NCBI GenBank assembly: GCA_907165135.1
Contig: OU015566.1
Location: forward strand, 1,736,001-1,800,000
Length of the DNA: 64,000 nucleotides
Reading direction: 5' to 3'
Source: Oikopleura dioica
Lineage: Eukaryota; Animalia; Chordata
Shown here: positions 1 through 13,289 of the stretch, piece by piece
Position numbering within the stretch: position 1 is the stretch's first letter
Layout of the letters: the number at the start of each line of letters is the position of its first letter
Made by a program: the position numbers and the translations under genes
Notes under the pieces: model-generated
Told to the model about the DNA's origin: nothing
Databases searched by the model: none
What the model saw: only the letters and a program-made list of their open reading frames with translations

Positions 1-299
1 AAATATTTGTTTGTTGGGTATTTTTATGCAGTTGTGCGGTTAGTGCCTCCTCTGGAACGGAAATTTGAGAGCAACCTGATTGTGGCCGTCATTCGATGTC
101 CCATTCAGCAGCGGTTTGCAAATCCACTATCAGAGGTTGCCAGATTCGAGCGCGCTCAAAAACCATAATGCCGAAAATGGGGGGAGGTTTCCTATTTTTT
201 CATTGCTTGAAATAATTAAACAGAAACAATTATCTTGGTTAATAATATTTAATAAATCGTCTTGACGTATTAATACTTGTATGCAGGGATGTGCCTTTT

Positions 300-480
300 C
301 CTATTTTTTCGAGTGCGGTGCGGTGCGAAGTGCGATTTTTTTTGCGGGTTCTTCTGCGGTGCGAAGTGCGATTTTTTCAAATTTTTCTTCGCAGTACGAC
401 GCAGAGTGCGAAGTGCGAAATATGGGGAAAAACTGCGGAAAATTTTGCGATAGTGCGAAAAGTGCGGAAGAACAGTGGTT
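300..480. repeat. Short degenerate tandem repeat (GCGAAGTGCGATTTTT-like units), probable MITE interior
   Basis: Repeated gtgcgaagtgcg(atttttt) units; overlapping ORFs here are repeat-derived. Confidence 0.55.
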
Positions 481-1094
481 TATCCCCATGTACCCTTAGC
501 AGTCCAAAAGATTTGATAGTATTAATGTAGCTTATGAAGAGCTGTAGAGCAAAATTGAGTTAACATATTGATACCCTTAAGTTATCACTATCAAATCGAC
601 GGGAAGATCCAAAAAAAAAAGAAAAGGAGGAGAACAAAAATAGGAAAGAGTCTGCAAAAAAGTTGCAAGCGTTTTAATCCGTCCGATCCACTTCCGAGAT
701 TAAATTTTCTGCCAATAAGTTCTAATCCGGATGATTAGAAATCGTAGCGTGCGATTATAATTGTTCGGAATGCGTTTTTTCTCTTTGATCAGGAATAATT
801 CTACCTTGGCAATTATTCAAAAAGCGCTACCTCTGAGAAGAAGGAAACTTCGTTTTAGTTGATTGACGCGGGGTGTATCCCCTTAATCGAGATTAAAGTA
901 TGCGAGATAAGATGCCTCTCGCCGGGCGGAAGTGGAGCTGAAGGAAGTTTAAACAAGAACTTTAGTACCCCTCTCCCGGGTCAGAAAACTTTCCCTTTGA
1001 ACTTTTGACACTTCCAGTTCCTCCTTGGGCTGTTTCTATTGGTTTTTCCCTCACGTGACTTTTTCGTCAAAGTTTCTAGGGCAGTATTTTTCAA

Positions 1095-1540
1095 CATCTT
1101 TTAAACTTGGAATCTGGATTTCAAAACCTGTGCAGAAACCTGTGTCAGGGTTCCAAAAGAGCAGGGCTTTCAGAAAAGCCCAACCCTGACTCAGGTTTTC
1201 TACAAAGGTTATTAAAACTTGGAACCTTGATTTCATAACCTGTGTAGAAACCTGAGTCAGGGTTCAAAAAGAGCACGGCTTTCAGTAAACCCAACCCTGA
1301 CTCAGGTTTTTTACACAGGTGATTAAAACTTGGAACCTGGATTCCAAAACCTGTCCAGAAACCTGAGTCAGGGTTCAAAAGAGCAGGGCTTTTAGAAAAG
1401 CCGAACCCTGACTCAGGTTTTCTACACAGGTTATTAAAACTTCGAACCTGGATTCCATAACCTGTGCAGAATCCTGAGTCAGGGTTCCAAAAGAGCAGGG
1501 CTTTTAAAAATCCCTGACTCAGGTTTTCTACACAGGTTCC
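1095..1540. repeat. Tandem array of ~111 bp units (about 4 copies), each with an internal inverted repeat
   Basis: aaacttggaa-like starts recur at ~1103, 1215, 1326, 1437; each unit has aaacctgagtcagggtt ... aaccctgactcaggttt; a solo fragment occurs at ~13140. Confidence 0.85.
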
Positions 1541-2023
1541 TGAGCCCTGAGAAAGGCCTTTCCAGAAGATGAAAAAAATGAATCTGCCCCGAGGGGCGTT
1601 CTGGTCATATTTATTTCAGCTGTAATAATCTTTATGGAGCTGTGGTGGAGATTAAAACATTATGGATGGGGTCCGAGATTGCGCGCTACTCCGTCATTAA
1701 CTCTGGCAATAACCAGAAACCAATAACCCTTCTTAAACATTTCAATTATTCAGCGCCAGCCGATCGGATGGCCACAATGGGGTGATGGACGCCAGATTCG
1801 GGCACGCGCCCGCGCGCCCTAGGCACCTGAGCCCAGACGCAGCTGCCACTTCCAGCCATAAAATACTCCCTCTCAATAAAACTGTATTGATCGCGCTATT
1901 AGAAAAGTAACTACCTGAATTGTAGAAAAATCGTCAAATATTTCTCTCGATGTTTGCAAAATCATTGATTTTCTTCGAAATTTTAGGGAGTAAAAACTTG
2001 TTCTATCATTCAGGTACAATTAA

Positions 2024-2133
2024 CCCGTTGCCGACCGTCAGGCGTAAATTTGCCTCCTACGCCAATGAGAATGCCGTATTTTTAGCCTCGGGGCATGTCG
2101 TAGCAGCAAAACTGCTACCTGGTTGGTAATGGG
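2024..2133. mobile_element. Degenerate 110 bp piggyBac-type MITE
   Basis: TTAA on both sides (2020-2023, 2134-2137); ends CCCGTTGCCGACC / GGTTGGTAATGGG are imperfect inverted repeats (10/13). Confidence 0.55.
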
Positions 2134-2949
2134 TTAATTTTCTCCTTAGTTGCTTCTTGATCTGCCCTTAGGGCATCGCCCGTATAGAAAACTTATTAAG
2201 GATCAACAGTATGAGTCTGGTTCTGTTCTTTCTTGTGCCTTGGTATATTTATATTGTCGGTTTCGCAAGGAAGCGGCGTCAAGTTGAATCTACATGAGTG
2301 TGATGAATAATTCTATTTCATCCCCTCTTCATCCGCGCCGCAACAAGCCAGCTGTGATGCTCTCCACGCGGGTCAAAGCCAACACGATTTCACGCACCCC
2401 ATTGAAGTTCGAGAGCCATTTCGCCAAATTGACACGTTGCATTTGGCACTTCTTCGTAGAAGGTATCTCTCAAGCATGGTTAAATAGGATTATTTTTCGT
2501 CATTTCTTGAAAAACTCTTTGCAAAAGAATTTCCTTAATAAATTTAAAAATAAACAGAGATCAAAAACACAGATCAGATTCTTTAGCAGAATAAGAGTCA
2601 GGGTTAATGTTAGGGTTAGGGTTAGAAATAGTGTAAGGGGTTCAAGCTGCCCCTAACCCTAAGAACCCCCAACCTTAGAGCTAAACAAGGGGGTGTCGCC
2701 CCGGAACCCCCCCCCCCTTAAGAGTTTCTTGCCCCCAACCCTAGGCACATACCCAGATTCTAGAGATATATGATGGCTCGAATCATAGGCTATGATTCAT
2801 AGGCTCGAATGATAGCCCCACTCTACAATTTTCCATCTTGCTTTCATCTTAGACCCCTCCACGTCGATAACACTCAGGGTGGGTCGCCCAAGTTTACCCG
2901 CTGCATGGAAGGGTTGCAGAAGCGAGCGAGAGAGGGAGAGAGAGTCAGT

Positions 2950-3226
2950 GTTTGATTGGCGTTGGGCGCGCGGCAGCGCCGTAACACCACGGCGGAGCGC
3001 GGCTGCCGAGCGCCATCGACCTTCTCTCGGAGACCCCCTTGCATCTTGGGGAGACGATCCTTCTGATTTTACTTAGAAACCGAAATCGGAAATTTAGACG
3101 CATCCAATTTACAGTGTCTAAAAGGACTTAATACATACTTTTTGTATAAAAACGACGATTCGAAAAGAAATAAGAAAGAGACCAAGAAGAAAAGAACATC
3201 GACAGGAGATTCAACCCAGCCTTACT
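2950..3226 (+). promoter_or_regulatory. Probable promoter and non-coding first exon of the zinc-finger gene
   Basis: ATTGG (reverse CCAAT) followed by a GC-rich tract, then an ATG-less segment ending at donor CT|GTAAGT at 3227. Confidence 0.45.
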
Positions 3227-4455
3227 GTAAGTTTTACAGAGAATAATCTTAATTACAATTGATTTTCATCTTTTTTTATCAAAATTTTAATAATAATCGT
3301 CATAAAATAGTGTTTTTTCTAATAAAGAATGTTTAAAAGACCCTCGAGATTTTCTTAAGGATATCATCAGGATTTTTCTGGAGAAAAAAATTCTAAGGGG
3401 TCACCTTATTTGCCAAGAAAAGAACCCAGAAACACGCTTATGTAATCATGAAAAAGCCAAGAAAGAAAGTTATTATGGGTGACGAGAGGGATTACGCGAT
3501 ATGAGTTGCTTTGGGTACTTGATAAGGCTCCCTGCTGGCCTGATAAAGCGCCGCTTGGAATTATGAAAAGCCCCCTTATCTGACACGTTGAAAACTAAAC
3601 GTGAGGAGAAGTTCTTTTTTACGTAACTTACTTCCTGATTATAATTAATAAAATTAAATCCCCTCTTTATTTTCCAATAAGAGGCGGACACCCTTAATTC
3701 AATCTTCCAAATTATGAGTTTTTTCTACAAAAATCAATTTCCGGTTTCTTTCAGAATCTCTTTTTAAAGGTAGAACACATTTCACAGTTGAATATCGCCG
3801 AGATACCCTTTAGTTTTTGTTTCAAAGGAGCATTAACAAAAGGATATAAAGTCGTTAGGGCTTAAGAGCATATTTCTTTTGAAAGATTGATCTTTTTAAA
3901 AATATGAGTATTAAGGGGATACCCTTAGAAAAATTTTGAAAATTATTTTTTTATAAAAAATATTTGTGTAAAATTCCTAAAAATAGCTTTCGAAAACCTT
4001 TTCTTCTTCTATTTACTAATAACAAATGTTGAAAAAACGTGGCGGCGATGCGTGGAGTAGGGGCAACCCAAGAGCTTGGTTTGGGATCAACACTGGCCGC
4101 TGTTTTGCGTTACGACATGTTAGACACCAAAACAGTCGCACCCCGACGTAATTATGAAACCGATCTAATCCCCCAAACGGCTAATCCCAAATATTAAATG
4201 CTCCCTTCTTAGAACCCACGCTTGGAACCACGAGAAACATGAAGACTTTTAAAAAAATTCTAGAGTCAGAATTTATGAAAATATATTTTTCGAAGTGATA
4301 CCCTTAACAAAAAATAATAATCAAGCAAAAAATCTCAAAAATAACAAAAAAATAAGCTGATTATTTTTTATAAACTGATATATTTATTCTTTTGAAAGAA
4401 CATTGTTGTGGGTATACCCTTAATTTCTATCGAAAATAAAATATTTTTGATTCAG

Positions 4456-7400
4456 ATGGCACAGATTCCAATGATCGGAGGTCCGAAACTTGGCTCGACT
4501 CTCCTCACCGAACCGAAGGTAAGACCCTTATTTATATCGTCGTTTTCCGAGGAGATACCCTTAAGAAAAGTCCCGAGAAAAAATACCAAGACAAAAAATA
4601 GTCATGAGATTTTTTCATTTGAATTTTTTCAGAAGCTATTTATTTTTGGATCGCGATATCCATGATGTGGGATTAGGCGCGTTAAGATTAGGGGGCCGGA
4701 AGAGAAAACAGGGGAGACGCTGGGTCGGATTTTTGCGCCCGCTGGCATTTCTCGACAAACATGCAACCAGCAGATCGGAAATGGTAGCTTCCGGTGGAAA
4801 ATTTCGAGAACTAGTAGTAAAATCATCGTTTCTGATACAAGCATCTCTCAAGTGCAGCAAGGTCGATTTAAGGGTGTCTTCGTATAATGAGGCTATTTTT
4901 AATCAAGTTTTTTTTTGTGAGGAGACCCCCTTAAGGGGGTGGTGGTCGAGACTAAGACTTTTTTCAACTTAAAAAACTCAATTTTTTTCAAATTAAGAAA
5001 ATTTCTTATGAGGAAAATTTCTTCAATACTTTGTTGATACCCTTATTTTTTCCCCGGAAACCAATATGAAGTTGTATTCCTTCGATAAAAAAAGATCAAA
5101 AAATGCGCATAGATTTCATGCTTACGAATGCAACTTCCGCAAATGACACCTTGAAGAGCATTTTTCCTAAAGATGACTTTGAAATTTCCTGCTCTGCGTC
5201 GAAATCTAAGGGACTCATGTTTGTTCCCCGCTAAGGAGTGTGTACATATTTGTCGGTGCAATTAAATTTTTTCTTTGAGGGCAATTTTTGGACTTTTATT
5301 GCTTATTCAAGTGCAGTTTTTTAAGGGGTAGTCAGGCGAAATCGGATTTTCTAGTGCTTATTTCTCGAAAATATTTCATAGTGACACCCTTATTTTACTT
5401 CAGAAAGATTTCATTGAAGGGTGTCGCTATGATATTTGAAGAGAAATACATGATTAAAAATCTGATTTTCCTTGCCTAGAGCCTTAAATTTTTGTATGTT
5501 TTTGACGAATAATTTTTATTGGGGCAATCAAGTCAATCAAATATGCATTTCTGATTTGTCAGAAAATAGAAACAAAAGCATCTGAATAAATAATCGATCG
5601 CTCCAACTTCCAGCCTGGAATTAATGCAAAGAAAGCAAACCAGCGAGGGTTTGCTATCGTTTCAAAGTGTAAACAGCGCTTTTTGATCAAGTGGCATTTC
5701 CCCTTCTGCCAAATAGCGATAGAACGATAGGTGCTGTCTGATAGACAGATTTCCCCTGACAGTAGAAGGTGCCAGGTTATTTTTTTCACCCAAGCGGGGC
5801 GATACCCGATAAGGGAAGATGAACTTATTAACCGGGGAAGGAAAAGCTCCAAGGGTCTACCGCAACCGGGGCAATATTAAAGTTCAGATCGAGATTTTCG
5901 CATTATCAAAAGTTTCAATACTTCCTTCATAAAACATTATTTATTCGTGGCGAATCCAGGGTAATTTTCTTTAAAGACAAGTTTCTTCTTTGATTTCAAT
6001 AAGGAAGACAGATCAAAAAGATCAATCTTCCTTATCAAATAATGAAGGGATACCCTTATTTTTCATAAGAAAAGCTTTGTTTTCTTTAAGGGTGTCACTA
6101 TGTTAAATATGTGAGAGTGGAGAATCAGGGTCAAAACTAATGGCGCGATTGTCAGAATACCCTGAATTTTCGCTGAGTGTGCCCAAGTCGCCTGTCAAAT
6201 GCTGGTTGGTGCGATGCGGGGATGTTTAGAGATGTCTTTGGCTGCGATGTGTGCCCGCATCAAAGGCCCCGAGCGATCACCGGAAACGGCCGCCGGATAG
6301 ATAAATCTGCCATTTGCATTTTCGGGGGAAGTCGTAATTTTAACGCGCTGCGGAAATTTTCTAATGACGCGCCCTGCGGCGAGTGAATTTCAAATCTTCC
6401 AAAAATAAGGAAATCTGTAGAACATTTTTTTCTCTACAAAATTTTTTTCAAAAAATTTTTCGAAATTTTTTTTTCAATTTTTCGATTTGCGTCAATTTCT
6501 GAGAAAAATTCAAAATTGGCATCAAACGAGAAAACATGTCATCCGCTTATTAAATTATGACAGCGACTTCAAAACCTGTCTCGTAACATGCCCCGAAGCG
6601 CGTGCGTATTTATTCGCCCACAGTGGCCCATGAGATGAGAATGTCATGTTCCGTTGACTTGGGGGCAAATACATTTCGGGCATTTACAGATTAGCCAGTT
6701 TTCTTGATGTTTGTTGTTTTGGCGGACAGCTTTGAAAAGCTGCGACATTTTGAACTAATGATTGGGCAAATTGGAACGGCTTTTGGAACTTGAGTTTTTC
6801 GAGAAAGAGAGTTTGACCTTATGTCTTTCTTTTCGCGAAAGATACTGAGCTTGCTTCTGCTCAAATCGCGGTTGATCCCCTTAACTGTCTACCTATTCTG
6901 ACCCAAGTAGCCGCTCATCCGTCCGAATAAACCCGCTTATAACTTACCCCCTCAACTTACAATTTAGTGGCAATCGAACAGTAACTCGTGCGAAGATACA
7001 CTGTCCTCCTCCAGCGGCGCTTCTTCTGACTGTAACACACAGTCGGCAATTCAAGAGACTTCACTTCCAACCTTCGAGCAGCAGAAAATGGAAAATCTAC
7101 AGGTAAGAGTAAAAATAACAATAGCGCAGAGGCAACATAGGCTACTTGTCAAATTAACACCATAAAACCGCAGAGTTGCTCTAATGACCAAAGAGATCTG
7201 TGAAGACACCCTTTTTTGGTTCAATCTTTTGCTTCTAATGCACCCACTTGCGGTTAGCTTTTTGTTGTCTCCCTCTTTTTGAGCCGTTTTTTTAATAACA
7301 AACATCGAGGAAAGGCTTCAAGACCCCTTCAGAAATTCTCAGACTAAACCATTATTAAGGCTCTGTACAACAACTTGAAGAAAACCCAGCAGCCCGCTTC

Positions 7401-9233
7401 AAAATCTTCTTTCTCAATCGACGATCTTGCGAAATCATCAAGCTTTTCTCCTCAATCAACTCCTTTCGCCACCTCCTTGGCGCAAAACGCAATCAACCCC
7501 TTCGCGTTCCAGCACCAAGAACTCTACCGAAAAGCGATTGAGAACTTGAAAAGCTCTGGTAATCCTCCCAGCACGCCAAATCCAATCGCTCCTCATCCTC
7601 ACAACGAAAATCATCAAAACAATCATTCGCACAAAAATTCCTCAAATCATCATCAACGTACAAAAATCATCAAATTTCATTGAAAAAAACAATCATTGAA
7701 ATTTTTTAATTCATTTGTTTCCACTTTACGAACCATGACTCATTCTCCTCTTAGGGCCTCTTACTCCATCTCTTCCTGCGCATTTCATGCTCGGGCAGAC
7801 GAATCCGGCGATGAATCCGATGATTGCTCAGCAAATGCAACTTGCGAGGCTCCAGCAGCATGCGATTCAGAGGCAACAGATGAAGGTTAAACTCTAGAAT
7901 AATATATAAAAGAAAAATGAAAAAGCCTTTTTAAGAAATCCCGGTTTCTTATTGGTCACTTTTTAAATCCTTGCTTCTCATTTGTTCAATGTTTCATAAC
8001 GATCTTCTGATTGGCTGACCTTAAAAATAAGCGCTTTTCATTGGCCGATAAAATTTTGAGTTCTTTTATTAATATTTTTTGCTAAATCATCATTTCAGAT
8101 GCGTGGAATTGCTGCAATGCAACAACAACGAGCAGCGTCATCGCGAGATGCTGTTTCTGCTTCGATTGTCCGAGAAGCCAAATCGCAGCTGAAAGGACTC
8201 GATCCTGAAAATATGTACATCGAATGCCCACTTTGCCACAAGCGCATCAAAAGGCTCTACCACTTCCAGCGACACATGCGGTAAGAACTGTCTTTCTACA
8301 TGATTTTAGAAAAGTGACGCCTTTAATTTTCGTTTGAAAAATAATAAACCTTCATTTGTCTTTGTCAAAAAATAAAATCTTCTTTACAGAATCCACTCCG
8401 GCGAAAAATCGCACCAGTGTCCTTGGTGCCCGTATCGATCGGTCCGCAAAGACAATCTGAAGTCGCACCTGAAGACGCACGAAAAACACGCACTCGAAGC
8501 TAGAAGGTGAGTAAACCGCCCTTGGCACTAAGCGTCTTTCATCTCCCCCTCGATTCCCAAATTTTCAAAGAAACATTCTCAAGCACCCCGTTTTACGGCC
8601 GTTTCCTCTTTTTTCAAGTTTTATTCCCATCAAGAAAAAAAAAGACAAACAAAGAAAAGGAATCAATTTTTGTCATTGTCAATTTCAATTTTTTAAAATA
8701 AAATATTCAGAAACGCTGCATATCTCGATAAAAAGCGACAAAATGAAATCGACGCGATGCGCCGCCTGCATCAGTTTTCCGTCAATCAACTTGCCATTTC
8801 TGCCATCCCGAAAACCGAGGGTCAGAAAGATGTGGATTCTGGATGCGAAAGTCCTGAAGAACTCTCTAGCAAGGTAACTATCCATACTTATTTACAATTT
8901 TTATTGAAAAAAATGACTCAATAAGAAAATTTTTAAAAGGCTAAATTTGTTCCTACACGGGAAACCCTCGATAACAAAATAATTCATCAAGCCTCCTGAT
9001 TGGCTGAGCTAAAAAATGAGCTTTATCTTTTAATTTATGCAAAATCTTGTTTTTTCTGGAGATTTTCTTTCAAAAATATTTTTTTTTCTTCCATCAAAAT
9101 CTCTTATTCCAATTTCTAGGGCTCCTCTCCTCGGCAAAACTGCTGCCCCTCTTCATCGGACTCCTCCAGCGCTTCGGATCGCCACACATCGAAGGAATCC
9201 GACACTTCGTTTTCGATCATCGAAATCGAGTAA
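4456..9233 (+). CDS. C2H2 zinc-finger transcription factor (2 fingers), Q-rich, with eh1-like FSIDDLA motif
   Basis: Exons 4456-4518, 7043-7102, 7360-7558, 7755-7885, 8099-8280, 8390-8506, 8711-8873, 9120-9233 join in frame with GT-AG introns; CPLCHKRIKRLYHFQRHMRIH-SGEKS-HQCPWCPYRSVRKDNLKSHLKTH. Confidence 0.85.
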
Positions 9234-9663
9234 ACCAATGAGAAAGATGCTAAAGATTATTTTCAAGTTCAAACTTCATCCTCTTGAATGTTCTCTATTT
9301 TTTACCACCGACGCAAAATGTCTTCCTGTTTTCAAGTTCCTGTACATTTTTTTCACAACAATCGCTCAGAGTACACAAAATTTAGTCTTGTTCATAAGAA
9401 ATTCTTACAAGTTATAATTTACGATCACTTTTTTGCTTATTTATGATTTTTTTTTCCGATCGAAGAATTTCAATGAAAGAGGGGCTTAGTTACGGCCTCA
9501 GATTTTCCAATTCTTTGATGACTGTACATTTATTAATAATAAATATTATTGCATAAGGTACTTTTCATTTCATATGAGTCATCATCGATTAAATTTCGGC
9601 ATCATTTTATAATGCCAAGTCGTAAAATGCATTGTTTTGAATCAGAATTTTCAGAAGAGAAAA

Positions 9664-10588
9664 ATGTCAAAAATAAAAGGTAATGCGGTTGAATCGAAAA
9701 AGTTTTCTGATAAAGATGCTTTATGATAGTAATTGGATGCGGATTTGGCCGAACAGGGACTCTAAGTCTGAAAACAGCGCTTGATGATCTTGGTGAGTCT
9801 TCCTTGATTGCAAATTTTAAAAAGCCGAACTCGACATTTTTAACCTTTTTCTTAAGGCTTTGGGCCAACCTATCATATGTTCGAAAACATCAAAAACAAC
9901 GACAACGAATTCTGGACCAAAATCGGCCTCGAAAAAGACCCGAAAATCCGCCACAAACTTCTCAAGGAATTTTTCGACGGCTCAATTTACAACAGCACAG
10001 TCGATTTTCCCGGAAATGTATTTTTTCAAGATCTGATGGAAATTTATCCAGATGCAAAAGTGATTTTGACCGTTCGAGATTCGCCGGATATTTGGGCAAA
10101 ATCAGCGCAAGAGACGATTTTTGGATACGAAAGTGGATCGAGATGGAGTTTTGAAAGACTGCCGGTTGTGAAGGAGATGTTGAGATTTGTGCCAGGAATG
10201 GGGTCTTATCAGCTGACGAAACTTATTGAGACGAATATTTCAAGGTAGATTTTAATCATTATTTTTTTGAGAAATTTTTTTCAGAATGTTTCTTTGCGAA
10301 AATCCTGCTTACTCCCTTTCTGGGCTTTCTGAAGCTTATTCTGACTGGATCATTTTCTGCAAGTCAAAGATTCCGAAAGAAAAACTTCTTATTTTAAATG
10401 TAAAAGAAGGTTGGGAGCCGTTGTGTGAGTTTCTGCAATTTCCAGTCCCAGATGAAAAATTTCCAAGAGCTAATGATCGAAAAAGCTTCAACAGCTGGCA
10501 CATGCTTATCCAAGAAGGAAAAGTAATAATCGCATTCCTTTCATTTTACTCTGCATTTTTATATCTGTTGCTCAAATTGTTTTCATGA
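9664..10588 (+). CDS. Sulfotransferase-family protein (Sulfotransfer_4-like), paralogue A, C-terminal hydrophobic helix
   Basis: Exons 9664-9679, 9730-9792, 9857-10244, 10285-10588; motifs VIGCGFGRTGTLSLKTAL, GPTYHM, AKVILTVRD, GWEPLCEFL, FPRAND. Confidence 0.85.
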
Positions 10589-10762
10589 AAATAAAACCGA
10601 CGACGCATACTCAAAGCTGACCATTTTGACGCTTGACCTATTTTGCTGCCATACTCGAGCGATTTTTCTGTTTATAAGCAGTCCTAAAACTGAAAAAGTC
10701 ATCATTTGAACAAAATCAAAAAGAGAAGCAGTTTAAAGAAATCGCTGACACTCTGAGCTGGG

Positions 10763-11629
10763 ATGAAGGTTATCGGCTGTGGCTTTGGTCGGACAGGAAC
10801 CCTTAGTCTGAAAACAGCGCTTGATGATCTAGGTAGGTGAGTCTTTCTTGATTTTATTGTCTTTCCAACTTTTAGGCTTTGGCCCGACATATCATATGTT
10901 CGAAAACATAAAGAACAATGACAGCAACTTCTGGACAAAAGTCGGGCTCGAGAAAGACCCAAAACGTCGACAACAATTTTTGAAAAAATTCTTCGACGAG
11001 TCAACTTATCAAAGCACGGTCGACTTTCCTGGAAATGTCTTTTTCCAAGACTTGATGGAAATTTATCCAGATGCAAAAGTGATCTTGTCGGTTCGAGATT
11101 CGCCGGAAATTTGGGCAAAATCGGCGCAAGCGACGATTTTCGGCTACGAAAGTGGATCGAGGTGGAGTTTCGAAAGACTGCCGGTGGTCAAGGAGCTTTT
11201 GAGATTTATTCCGGGAATCGGGTCTTATCAGTTGACAAAAATGATTGAGACAAATGTTCCAAGGTATAATAAAAAGGGACTTTAAAGCCATCTTTTCTAT
11301 CAATTCATCTAACAGTCTTTATCAGAATGTATCTTGGAAAAGAACCCGACTACTCTGTTGCTGGGCTCGCTGATACGTATTCTTCTTGGAGCGAATTCTG
11401 CGAAGCTGAAATTTCAGAAGAAAAGCTTTTGATTTTCAATGTCAAAGAAGGGTGGAAACCACTTTGCCAATTTCTCCAAGTTCCATTTCCCGATGAAATT
11501 TTTCCAAGAGCGAATGATCGAAAAACTTTCAACAACTTGCACATTGTCAAACAAGAGGGAAGAGTCATCATTGCCGTTTTCGTTCTTTACTTTTTTCTTC
11601 TTTTCGCTGTTTTCGAGCTATTTTTCTAA
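10763..11629 (+). CDS. Sulfotransferase-family protein (Sulfotransfer_4-like), paralogue B
   Basis: Exons 10763-10832, 10876-11263, 11326-11629; same motifs as paralogue A and two shared intron positions. Confidence 0.85.
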
Positions 11630-11761
11630 AATTGAGAAAATACAGTACAGACGAAAAAATGACGATGATTTGGTTAGATCAAAATATTTGCATGATGTTT
11701 ATTTGCGCTCTTGAAAGTCGGGCCAGTTTTTTCGGAAAGAAAAATAAAAAAAATTTAAGAA

Positions 11762-12287
11762 ATGAAAATTTTGTTTTTTATTTTCCAACTCATTTTGGCA
11801 AGATATAATTCTATAAAATGCGTCGCATTGGAACTTAAATGCTCTGGCTCAGCATTTTCTTCCCGTTTTCACGGACGCTGCGTTCGTGCATATGCAGTAT
11901 TCCGTACGTTGGAAGGGCAGGATTTGAATTTTAACGGTGTCTGCAATTTATCACTTTTCACAATTTATCCGCAGAGGATTCGAGGCGGAGAAGTAAGAAA
12001 TGTATTTGAGCCGTGAAAAAAATTTTTCTAGTGCGGGAACACCGCCGAAAACCAGGAAAATGGAGGTCTTCAGTGGACAAATCGAATCACCAATGAGCTT
12101 TACGGAATCGACGAGACTTTGAGTTGCCGACAAGGTCCTTCTGATGGTGTTTTTGCGCGTGAGAGATTATTTTTTGAGACAATAAATCTTTCATTTTTTA
12201 GCGTATGTGGAAAGCCAAACTCGCGAATTCCGCTGGAACGCTGATTCTCGAAAATTTGAAATCATAAATGCTTATGGAATGTACTGA
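11762..12287 (+). CDS. Small secreted Cys-containing protein, paralogue 1 (147 aa)
   Basis: Signal peptide MKILFFIFQLILA; exons 11762-11992, 12032-12158, 12202-12287 with 39 and 43 nt GT-AG introns; same structure in paralogue 2. Confidence 0.75.
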
Positions 12288-12369
12288 AAAAAAAAACTTG
12301 AAAAAAAAACAAAAATGGTGGCTTGATTTTTTAATAATATATATTATAGTATATAAAATTATTATTGTA

Positions 12370-12766
12370 CAGTTTTTTTCCTCTTTTGTGGACCCCAACT
12401 TTGTGGACATTTTCTTCATTTTAAGGGGTTTATGTGGGACACTTTTGCAAAGATGATGTTCCACTTTTGTGGACATTTTCCCTGGTGAAAAAATTTTAGA
12501 GGTAAAAATAGCGTATTTTTTCAAAAATCTTTTGTTTTTTCTAAGACTTTAATGGCTTTTGAGGATCATTTAACAGACTTTAGTAAAAAAGGAGCAAGAA
12601 AATACGTTTCAAGGATGAAATTTCCTATTTTTACATAGAAACTAATGGGACCGAAAAATTTTAAGCCTCTACGGTGGAACATTTTTTTGGAGACTCTTGC
12701 CCACTTTTGTGGACATTTTTGAGAAAATTTGGGACAAAAAATGTCCACAAAAGAGGAAAATAACTG
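12370..12766. mobile_element. Tc1/mariner-type MITE (397 bp)
   Basis: TA|CAGTTTTTTTCCTCTTTTGTGGAC ... GTCCACAAAAGAGGAAAATAACTG|TA: ~24 bp inverted repeats and TA duplication. Confidence 0.75.
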
Positions 12767-13289
12767 TACCATTATTATTGAACGGTTTTCATATAAATAT
12801 TTTCGGCTCAGGGTTCCAATTTTTCCGAAAAATTCGGCATAAAAATGGACTCAAATTAAACATTTGAGACTTGGCAAAGAGCAATGACTATACGATGAGC
12901 AAGCGAAAGGCTGCGCGAGATTTTCGGAAATTGACTGATTGAGCGAGTGACATTTGAGCGAGATCTAAGCGACGTTTGAGCGGTATTTAAGCGAGGCTCA
13001 CGCTCAGATGTCGTCGAATTCTACCTCCTTTTCCTTCATGGAGGTCATAAATAGTCGTGGAATAATGTGCAGCATATAATTTTCGTTTTTATCAATGATT
13101 TATTCTTTATCCAATTTTATTTTTCATTTAAGCATTTAACCTGACTCAGGTTTAAAACACAGGTCGTCGAGCCCACCTTCGACGATTTCGCCTCATGATT
13201 TCAGAAATCAAAATATTTGCTTGTTGTTTATTTGCGCTCTTTGAATTCGTGTCAGTTCTCTTCGAAAAGCAAAATAAAAAAATTGAGAA

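Noticed and set aside
12135-12158. Donor CAAG|GTCCTT in secreted paralogue 1
   Set aside because: A better donor 24 nt downstream (GTGAGA; GTAAGA in paralogue 2) is conserved in both copies
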